Origin: Tubiluchus corallicola
Lineage: Eukaryota > Animalia > Priapulida
Direction of reading: 5' to 3'
Length of the DNA stretch: 64,000 nucleotides
NCBI GenBank assembly: GCA_030141605.1
Contig: JAQGDQ010000217.1
Span: forward strand, 124,001-188,000
The translations under genes and the position numbers were made by a program. Shown piece by piece: positions 10,901 through 22,600 of the stretch. The notes beneath the pieces are model-generated. The model searched no databases, was not told the DNA's origin, and saw nothing but the letters and a program-made list of their open reading frames with translations. Position 1 is the first letter of the stretch, and every line of letters starts with the position of its first letter.

Positions 10901-13900
10901 TATTTGTGAGTAGCAATATAATTATGTCGGATTATTCTAAGCTGTAAACAAAAATACGATATTTTTGGAATTAATCATTTTTATGTATTCATTTAGTTTT
11001 ATGTGATTTTTCATTCATATTTTGCTACTGTGTGGCGTAGGTGAGGTATCTGACTCAGGATCTGGTGTGGGCTCGGAATCTGATGATGAACAGTTCAATG
11101 ATGGCTATGATGAGAACTTGATTGGAGACGAAGATGATCGTGAACGTCTAGAACAAATGACAGAAAAAGACAGAGAACAGGAACTGTTTAAACGAATTGA
11201 ACAGCGAGATGTTTTAAAAACTAGGTTTGAAACTTTGCGTTTTTAGGGCAGTTAATTTGAGAAACAGTTGAAGTTTTGATATTTAAGCAAATTACTGTTT
11301 ACGATTTTTAAAAGAAAAAAGTCATGTTGTTGGACTTCAACTTGCCAGAGGGCAGAGCTTACTGGTTAAATTTCTGTGGTGCAACTACATTTTTATATTA
11401 ATTTGGAGTTTATTATTTTTTGTGTTTGAGAATTTTGTATATTGTGTCTTTTGCAATAAATAATTCATAATTACTTTATATGTACAGTATGTTGAGTAAC
11501 TAAGTATTTAACACAGTGTTAAGTTCATTTCACTGAATTGTGTGTTTGTTGATCATGGTAGATTTGAGATTGAGAAGAAATTACGTCAGGCAAAGAAGAA
11601 AGAGCAGAAGAGAAAAGCAAAGAAACAGAATGAAAAACAACACAAGACTCCGCCTCTCAGCACACCGCCTGTTTTCTCTCGCAGCACGGAACGGCGAAAA
11701 ACCGTGGAGGAAAACAAGAAGCAAGACAAGAAACAGTCAGCCTTTGAAGCACTTAAGGCCCAAAGAGAAAAGAAAAAAGAATTGGGTAAGATTTTTGGTA
11801 AAGGCTGTTAGCCATGCATTTGTAATTATTAATTTTTAAATTAACAATGCTATGATGTCATTTTGTATCATAAATTTAAGTAACACATGCACAGAGAGTG
11901 GCTGCTAGACATGCCAAAACTGAGGCAAACAATGGGTGCAAATTTGTAACAGAAATTCTATGGCCTGCAGTTAGGATAACAATAGGTTCCATGTTCTTAA
12001 GCAAAAACTGCATTCGACGACTGTTAGCAAAACAGTTTTTGAGCAACACACTTTTGAAGTATTGATCATAATTGCAGACTAACTCTGTGTATGGTATTTT
12101 AAAGTTGTTAGTTCATCTTCATTTTAAATTGATCTATTGAATCTGATAATGTGGACATCGTGTATCGCGAGCAACAATCCTGCATAGATTACTTTATACT
12201 ATACTAAAAATTCACTTAGCTAAAGGCCACCTACTTCACATTATGGCAAAGATTCATACAACTTTGAACTGACTGACGAATGCACAATATGTGGTTTTTA
12301 AGGCACCTTGTATTTAAAACAAATAACAGTTTTTTTCACAATGCATGTGAGAATGTGTTTGCTTTAACAGTAATTTCCATTTATTATGGCAGATATTAAT
12401 ATGATTGTATTATTATAGGTTTATTGGTATTCCTGTACAGTCTTATATGTTTCAGTTCTGTATCTGACTTTTCTCTATGGGAGTGTGTCCCAAAGTCATT
12501 TCCTTATTTCTGCCAGACTTGTACAGGGCTGGAACTATCATGAAATGTCACTACCTAGAGTGTGTTTCCCTCGTTTTTGTAATCACTTTCTGGCGTAGTA
12601 GCTGGTATTAAGAAAACAGTTTAGGCTTTAAAAAAGGGAAGGTAGGAAAGAGATGAAAGAGGCAGTGTAAAAGCAAGTTGTGCTGCCTCTAAGTCTTGGC
12701 AGCCGAGCTGAACTATGACGTTGTTGTTGTAACTTGGTTGGGACTAGTAAGTAAACTATTTACTATTCCAAAGTATTCATCAAAATAAACGAAAACCATT
12801 CTTTCTCAAGACTGAGATAATTATAGTAAATCCTTTCCGTTAATTTATGACTCTGCACTTAATGATCCGACCAAAAGCTACAATACGCCTATATATTAAG
12901 AGCAGTAAAGCTTTGTAGTGTAGTTCTTACCATAGCGAAAATTCACATAACTATTGATAGACGAAAGCAGCACAGAATCTGCAGCTAAAAATTAGCAAAT
13001 AAAAATATCAAAAATCTACAGATGAAATCCTCTGTTTTTTTCTGTATTTAAACTGCAGCAGTTTTTTTTTGTGCAGTGTTTGCAAATATTTTTGCTTTAA
13101 CAGAGGCAAAAAAGCCGCTGAGAGCCAGCGATGTTTACTCAGATGAAGAAGATGATGAAGAGGAGGAAGATAAGCACAAATCAAACCCTGTTAGTACAGC
13201 ATCATCATCGGAATCGGAATTGTCTCGCGGAAGCGGAAAATCTGATTCTGAATCAGATGATAGTGATGAGTATGAATTACACAAGCTTATTAAATTTGTA
13301 TTGTGATATTTCTTCATTGCTGTGTTATTGGTCCGACAGAACATAGTTGTAATCATCAGATAGTAAATAAAGACAATTAGTAATTAGTATTAATTATCTT
13401 ATTGATTGGTATCGCAAATTGAACAAAATACTGTGAGATTTAATTAGTCAATTTAAGGGAAAAAGGTACTTTTCTTTCCATAATAGCTTGGAACGCATTA
13501 GTAATGTCTTGATAATGTACAGTAGTTTCACTTGTGTTTATTGGCATAAGTAATAAAAATACTTGCTAAACTTTGAAATGGTGCTGTTGTCATTAGTTAA
13601 ATAAAGCACTTATCATTTTTGCTCTTGTCTGATTGTTGAAAGGTGGAAACGTCAAATTAGTGAAAAATATGTGATCAAATAAGAAAAAACATTTTATTTT
13701 GAAGAACAGACATTATTCTAGTTACTTGGTGCTGTTTTGGTAACTCATTTATCAAGATCATCATTGGTAATTATATAGATTCCAGTTCTTCCACAACATT
13801 CAACATAAAAAATAGCTCACTTGATTAATTAGTTTACTGTGTTTTACATATTGCAGCTCGTTGAGTATGGAAGTCGAAAAGAAACCAAAGAAAACTATTT

Positions 13901-16900
13901 TGATTTCCACAAAAGACGATCTGTCACGAATTAAACTTTCTCGTCATAAAATGGAGAAGTAAGTAGTGTTTAGTCAACTTTAGTTATTGCGTTTGTGTTT
14001 TAAAAAAGTAAGCGGTTTTTCACTTCCTTTGCTTACCTGCTTTTCTTTACTTTTTCTTCACCTGCGTTTCCTGTCCTAAGTCTATTCATTTGTTAGTTTA
14101 TGTTTTGTTAGAATGTACACTTGTACAGAACGACTATGTTGCATTGACTGTAATGAACTGTGTAATGTTTTCAGGAAAAGAGTCTGACGTGAAACTTATT
14201 TCTGATGCTTGAGAATTTATTGCATATTTTTGATGTCTAGTGAAGTTAGTGAAGTCTTCTAAATTTTATCACGACATATTTTTGTTGCATTTTAAAGCTG
14301 TATTTAACTGCAGTGAAAGTTAATTGTTCTAAGTTACATTGTTAAACAATTAATAAGCCAGTGGATGTTTGTGCATTCATCAGTTTGCCTAATATTTTGT
14401 TGTAATTGTTTTGTAACAGGTGGTGCCATGCCCCGTTCTTCAACAAAACATGTACAGGTTGTTTCGTACGGATAGGAATCGGAAATAATGAAGGTCGACC
14501 AGTGTATCGTGTAGCGGAAATAGTGGAAGTCGTGGAGACAGCGAAGATTTACCAGCTTGGCTCGACGCGAACCAACAAGGGCTTAAAATTGAGGTATGGT
14601 GTGAAATTTCAGTAATAGTTGCTTGCTGCCATGAATACATCTTAATAAGCTAAGGGAAATTCATCTTCCTGCTGTTACATGACTAGTAATATGTAATATA
14701 TTATTATTTGTTCCACTATATCAGTAATTTAATTTGGGAGCATGGTATACTCAGGACTTCAGTATACTGAGGTGTACTCAGTATTCATCAAAAATTTCAA
14801 TGAAAATTTGAATGACCATAAAATAAATACTGTTATATTACCGTGTGAGATTTACACGTGCATTAACTGTATGATGCACTCATGGATGACACAGTGCATC
14901 TTTAAAAACTGTACTGTGATAGTTTTATTGCCAAAGTCCATACAAATGACGCTAAATAAGTAAGGTTGCATTTAAACAATTTATGTATGTCGAAGTAGAT
15001 GCTGCCTTCATCCATGTCAGCTCATTTATAAAAAGCTTTATGGAATTCTAAAGATCATTACCCTTTATCTTCTTTCTTAACCAACCTGTTCCTCTTAGCG
15101 TCCTAAGTTATTACATTTTTGTTAACCTGTTCAGATAAAACTACTCAATTTTCATTCATGTTCATGCTAAGCTTACATTATAGTGAGAAATTTGTAGCTT
15201 GTCATAAGCTTGCTAGGTTAAACCATGCAAAATCGATAAAACTCAGTAAGTTCCGTAACTGCATTTCAGGCACGGAACCCAGGAACGCGTGTTCCGATTA
15301 GAGTTTGTCTCCAACAGTGAATTTACCGACAGTGAGTTTGAGAAGTGGAAGTACACGATGATGTCTCAGGATTTGCAGGTACCGACTTTGGATCACATAG
15401 AGAAGAAGGAACGGGACATCAAATATGCACTCGAGTTCAAATTTACGGATCGGGATATAGAACAGGTACAAAGAACCAGAATCCATACCTGTTGGTACAA
15501 AAAATTAGTTGTTCGTTATTAAAATAATTTTCAGTATTAGAATTTGCTTTATTGTGCATATTAGTTTTCCAGGTGTTACTGCATTGCTCATTTCCTGTAT
15601 TGCAGATAGTTCAAGAGAAGGAACGGTTCAAGAAAAATCCTCATAACTATGCCATGCGCAAGGCAGAACTGCAGAAAAAGCTTGCTGTTGCTGAGCAAAA
15701 TGGAGAGTCAGATCAGGTTGCACAGCTGAAGGAGAAACTAGACGAGTTAGAAGAACGTGCAAAGGAGCTAGACCGGAAGCGTACAGAGAACATATCAGCC
15801 ATAAACTATATCAATCAGCGAAATCGGCAGAGAAATATACAAGAAGCTGAAAAAGCGATTGTGGTAAATATTACTAAATAGCTAGATATTACATGGCTGA
15901 TGAGCTGTACCTCAAAGTTTTTCTTTAACTAGCTGTGCTATACCAGCTATGTGTACCTCCCAATGTCCACATTGCAGCGTTCAGTGGAATTTTGTGACGT
16001 ATACAAAACAATGTATAGCGATTGAATCAGACTTGGTATTGCTTAATTTCTTCACCCTAGGTTTTAATATTTAGATGTGGTATCCCAAATCTAAACTGTA
16101 TTCAGAATCCACTACTCAACTGCAGAAGTGTTTGTCATGTTAGTGGTTGTGGTCAAGCCTAACTCATTTTTAAAGTTAAAATGAAACAGTAAACCGGTAT
16201 ATGTGTTTTAACTACGTTCAGGTGCATGTAAATCCTCCCAAATCAGGAAAGAACCTTGAAGCAATATGACAGGTGAATTACTTGGTTGATAAGTACTTAC
16301 TATGAATGCCCAACTAATCACTTACCCCTTGTGCAAGTTTTTTTTTTGTGCATTTGTAGATGCTTAGTTGACATTTGTCAGAAATTGCATTCTAGAAAAC
16401 AAACGTACCTTTGAATTTTAATAATTTTAAACCTGTCTTCTGATGTCATCTGATGTTCTTATATGAAAATTTGCAAGTGGTGGCACTGAACTTTTATGGA
16501 CATCTTTTTTGACCACGTGACATGTGTAAGAAGCTAATTGCTCGTCCACGAAATGGAGGAAACATAAAGAATTAACATTTCATATTGCCGTTATTCACAG
16601 CTTTAAGGAATATAAATGGACAGAGTACAATTCATGTTGGTTCCTCATGTTGGGTATTGTCACTTCATTGATTTTTTATTTCTGGCATTAAGATTGAAAA
16701 AAATTTAAAAAAAAACAGGTTAAGCTAGAAATATAATGATTGAACTATAAAAAAATATGTTTATGTGTACTTGTGATAAATTTTAAGCATAGGGGGCCGT
16801 CATTTCCTGACGTTGTACATTGACAGTTGAGAGTCTGTTCATCATATTTCATTTTGTTATAGCTAGAAGCAGAAGAAATGAAGAATGCTCCATCAGATCC

Positions 16901-19604
16901 CTTCACAAGGCGGAAATGCAATCCACAGATGGTAACAACTATCAGAGATCAGATGTCATCTGCAGAAATTCTTGCCAAGTTAGCGGAAGAGCGTGTCCGA
17001 CGTGAAAAAGAAGAGCAAATGAAGGAAGCAGGACTTACAGACAAACAGGTAAAGAGTTATAGGGTTGGCAGTTGATTTCACCCAATTTAATTCCTGTATA
17101 TTGAATGTGTTTCTTAAAAAAGTTAAAAATTAGTGCTGAGACAAAATTCTGTGATTGAATGGTATTTTACAAGTGCATTGTTGCACTGTAACACAACTTA
17201 GATTTGCCATCACAGGCTAAAATTATTATTTGTATCCCATTCGATAAACCCTGTAAACTGAAATATATATAGAGAAATGCTTATCTGGTTAGTTATTGCC
17301 AAAAGGCACCCTTTAGAATAAGTTTGTAGACCTGTTTTGTTGTGGTTATATAATGAATTTCCAGGTAGATTTCTGTATTTATTTGATGATTGCATGCTGC
17401 ATTTCATTTATACATTATTATACTTGTTGAACAAAATAGTATGATAATTAGTTGTATTTGGTTTTAGTCTTTTATCTGTCAATATTTATCTATATTGCGA
17501 AATTGTGGTTCGTTATAATTACAGACTTTTCTATGCTTGGGTTCCTGTTTAAATGTAAAATCTTAAAACGTGTTATAATGACCCTGTGAATCGTGTTTCG
17601 TAATGTATATTATTTCCAGACAAAATTTGAACAGTCGAATCAGCAACTTCCTTCTGATACCGTAAGCTACGTGTTTTAATTGCTGTTGCTTGCAAGCTCC
17701 CTATGCAAATCAGTGCTCACAGCTATATTAACAATGCATTTGAACTTTTTTGTTCCTTGCACAAATCTTAAATAAGAAAAAAGTGCTGCTGGGAGTTAAG
17801 TCAGGAACACCAGATTATATACTACTAACCTGCAATAATCTCACATTTAATTAGCAGTAGACTGCCTGTATTTTGTTTTTCTCCATTTGTGGATTTGCTT
17901 TCTCTAACATTTTTTGTTGTATGCTGTGTTTATTGCACTGTTTTGGAAGAATCTACATTTTAATTGTGCTACATTTTAATCGCTTCATATCATGCTGGCT
18001 GTGCTTAGCATATTGATGAAATTGCTGTTCACTCGAATCTCACTGGTAAACATGTTTCTTTTAAAATATCCGTTCTGTCCGTGTTTATTAATCATGATTG
18101 CTTCTGAAGCTACAGTTTCACAGGGCTGCGATTTTTGCGATGACCAAAAAAAGTCTCGTGACATCCAACAGTTGCTAAAAATTTCACAGGACTACTATAT
18201 TTTGTTGTCCAGGACACAAATCATTCATGCGACGTTCTTGTGCATATATTTGTGCAGAATTGGGACACATTCATACAACTTTACAACAGTTTTTGGAGAA
18301 GCTTTGGCAATGTGCTGAGTTTTACGATTCCGGCAGACCAACTGACAAATTGTAAACATTAAAAGTTTTCTGCCAAAGCTAGCAACCTTTTGGCAAGAAT
18401 GGTGACACTCGCGCAATATTTTGTGACTATTTAGAGAACTTTTGGGGCATATTTAGCAACTGTTGGACATGTAAATTTTGGATAGTTACCAAAGTCGCAA
18501 ACTCCATGAAACCTTGGCTTAAGCATGTGTAGCGGTTTTGCCTGCACATCTAGATATTGGAAAAGCAAGTTCATTTATTTTGCAGACTATTTCATAAAAA
18601 TTAAAATGATTGCTTTTAGTAGATAGTATGTGGCTATTTTTAAAATTCTCTGTATTACTAGCTCTACTGTCAGGTTGTCATTTTTTTGACTTCAGCAGAG
18701 TTATTTGGAAACATTAACAGGATAAAACATCACGTAATTTATAAATTTATTTTAACTACAGGTTGACATATTGACAATGTCTAGTGGTGAGGGCAAGTCT
18801 ATCCGGAAAGGTGACCCTTTGCCATCGGCACCCTCCAATGATGATCTCTTCTCAGCACATGATTTTGATATCAAGATTGATCTTAATGTTCCATCTATAG
18901 GTAACCTTTTTCAGTACCCAATTTTAGTTCATAACATAAGTATTTTGCTCTAAACATTGAAAGAGAAATGTTTTTTTAAGAATAACTTTAATTGAAGAAA
19001 TTGTGTTTCAAAAAATACCATTTGTCCCAATCTGGAAAAAACAGCCTAATCATGATGCCAGGAAACTGAAGGAAGAGTCCTGACGCATTGACATAATCAT
19101 GAACTTGAAATTCGATTTGCGAAAAATAAAATTTGTCGAGTTTCCGGATTTCACCATCAGTGTTATACAGCAGCAGCTTATTACAGTTTTTGCATTTGCA
19201 AATATACAAGACTTGCGAGATAATTCCTGTTGTGTTTTGTTTAATTTTGTGTGAATGCAATTACTGATGCCCAATTCTGTTGAAATACATTACTTTTACC
19301 AAGTGAGTATTTACTGTACGTCTCTTGGATATACTTCTGTGCGATTTGACTACAGTTTGTACAGAGACATGTCAAATTAAGCAATCTAGTATTAGTTTAA
19401 AATTTTAAAGAAGTGGATGTTGTGTACCTGTTTATAGTAAGTATTTAGCGTCATTTGACGCATTAAGAAATTTCGTCTTTTTACACACTGCTATAGAACA
19501 TGCAAGGTGTATATTGAGTAATTTTGTTTGTAATATTTATCCATGTTTTACCATTGTACTGTAGGACTGTATAATTTTGCATGTCCCCATGTAGTGATGT
19601 AAAC

Positions 19605-19635
<31 letters not shown>

Positions 19636-22600
19636 GGAAACATCAGCTTCTAATGTGATAGATTAATGATATACATTACACAACAGTTCAGGCAACCTGG
19701 CAAGTTTCACTACTTGTGTAGTCTAATGTGGCATAATTTTATTTTTTATTGAATTTTCACATATTTTGACAAAGATGGAAGAACAGACCACAGTAAATGT
19801 ATATCCTTGCAACTCCAAGTCTCATGTATCTTATTTATTAATCATTTTGTTGGTCAACTTTAAATAAGTAAGGCTGAAATAATTATTGTGGCATCGCACA
19901 ATAGCTCTTAATGGTTCATTCCTTAAAATGATCTGTAAACTGAAGTATTGACCTCCTCCAAAATGATATTTTATCTGTGTCTAGAACATAGTTGTATTTC
20001 TATGAAATGTGCTGTATTGCCTGCAAGCATTTTCTTGGGCTAGTTCCTCAGACTCTTGGTTACTACTTGCAAGATGCATTGTCTTAAGTTCTTTTAAGGT
20101 CTTTGCAGGTATAGCTTAATTTTAATGTTGTGCTTTCTTTTCGGTTGTTGTGCTCATCATATCAAACCTTGATGGCAGAGCTGGCCGCAAGAGGTGTTGC
20201 CACCCTGCTGGTGGTTAGAGCTGTTTGAATGCAGGCATAGTTATTTTTTGGCACACCGTATGCATGTGCATAAAAATGCAGTATAATAATTTCATTGAAT
20301 GATACTGTGTTATACCATAGTCTGTTTGAAAGATCATGTATACATATTCCTTACAGTCTTATTTATATAATAATTTAATTATCCATATACTTTATAAGCA
20401 CAGGCATAGTAGAACTACTGTACCTCAAATTTACTGCCTAATTGTGTTTGCAGAATAAGTTACTTAGCTGAATTTTATTAAAGAAAGTGTTGTTTTTTTC
20501 TCAAGAAAATGTGTAGCCAAATTAATTTTTGCGATTTGCAATGATCATCACCACCATCATAAAAAACATCCGTCAGTTACGTCTATTGGTGTAAGGTTCT
20601 TGCACATTGCTAAACTGGATGTTGCTGTAGTGTAGTCTGTTGGAAGGACTTCCTACCCATCATATCATATAATCTATTCATTGATAACAAGTTCTTGGAA
20701 TGTGCATGACACTGCCAGTTCACACTAACTTTTGCTATTGAAAAGCATAAAATCCAACACTTGTTTTGGTTAACATGAAAAACCATAATACTAAGCAGAC
20801 CCCCATAAAAAGTAACATCAAGTTTTAGACCTGCTGGTTTTTCAAGTGAATCCTTTGACAATGCATTTTTTTGAAAAAAGCAGATTAATTACTCCTGTAC
20901 CGTTGATTTACTCCCACCAAAAAATCTACTAGCTCCCAACAGGTTTAATCCAAACAGCAAAGATAGTGATATCTTCAGATGTGTGCTAAATTTAGAAATT
21001 ATGTTTTAGATTGCTTATACTCATGTAGGTATTACATAGGTCTCATAGTTAGGGCTGCACAGTAACTAATAGAAAAAACAATTAGCAAAGGGGACTCTTT
21101 GCAGCACATTGTTATGTGCACATGAAAAATGAATGTGGATTACTTTACTCTCTATCTGCTAGAGTCTAGCATGTGGCCCATGAGGTGCAGAGCTGATTGG
21201 GAGAAATTGATCGAATTGGTTTAAGGCCTGTCCTGCTTGATGGTGACAGAGGAGTTAACCCGGCCTCTGGTATCTAGAGCCCTCTTCTCTAGATGCACTT
21301 GGGCAACTCTTGTCTGGCGCATCCTAGTCGCGGGGGTGGATGCTGCGGGAGCAGTAACTAAGTTCAGGCAAGGACCCAGTGGTGCGGGGTATAGCGCGCC
21401 ACCCTTGGTCAGGGATACGACTGAAGGATGCTGCGGGAGCAGTAACTAAGTTCAGGCAAGGACCCAGTGGTGCTGGGTATAGCACGCCACCCTTGGTCAG
21501 GGATACGACTGAAGTCCTCAGCGGTTTTATAGGCGGACGAGGAATCTTCCACTCCCAACGGCTGTAAAAGCGGATGAAGGCACCCAAGCACAAGGGCAGC
21601 AGCTTGTGTGGATGATGGTTCATGGCGTGCAAGTCTGGCAACTCGTCTTCTGGCATGGCATGGCTCATCGAGAAGCTAGCAGTTCATTTTGCCGATTCGG
21701 CCTGTTTCCTGGTTGTCTTCACTGCGGTGCAACAGATTATGAGTGCGGCCGTCGTGTCTCTTCATGCCGCCGATCTACACTCTATCTGCCAAGTGGAGGT
21801 GGACTTTGAGCGGCCATTTCTTCTCGCGCGCAAGCGTCTCAGTGCTAATTCTTTTCTCCATGATGATGACTACGACAAATGATGACAACACTATGCTACC
21901 GCGTCCAGGGGAGCCGACGCGCCGTCCAGTGGCAACGGTGAGAAATTTGCGAAGCCCACAACCCAAGAATCTCCTTAGTTTAGGATGTTGGAATGTCAGA
22001 ACCACAAATGATAATAATGGAAATTTACGGCCCGAGAGGGCCACTGCGATTATCTGTGAAGCTCTAAACGACGTCAACATTGATATCTGCGCAGTTTCTG
22101 AAGTCCGACGCCCTGGTGAAGGCAATGTGGTAGAGAAGACCCATACCATTTATTGGAGCGGAGGTGTACACCAGGTTGCAGGAGTTGGCTTCGCAGTGTC
22201 TAACAAGTTACAATTGGAGTCACAGCCCTTAGCTATCAATGATCGTCTCATGATGTTGAAACTTCGGCTACAGGACAGATCCTTTCTTACTCTCTTTAGC
22301 GTGTATGGCCCCACTTTGCAGTGCTCTAATCATGAAAAAGAATCGTTCTACGATAATCTCACTGCTCATGCTAGGCAAGCTGCAAATGATGGCAAGGTGA
22401 TTATCCTAGGGGACATGAATGCAAGAGTAGGAAGAGATTCTATGACTTGGCCAGGTGTGCTTGGCAAACATGGAACAGGGAACATGAACTCAAACGGACT
22501 TCTACTGCTAGAATTTTGTGCCAGGATGGAGTTCTCTGTGACTGGAAGCTTCTTCAGGCTTCACGATAGGATGAAGACTACATGGCAGCATGCGCGGTCC

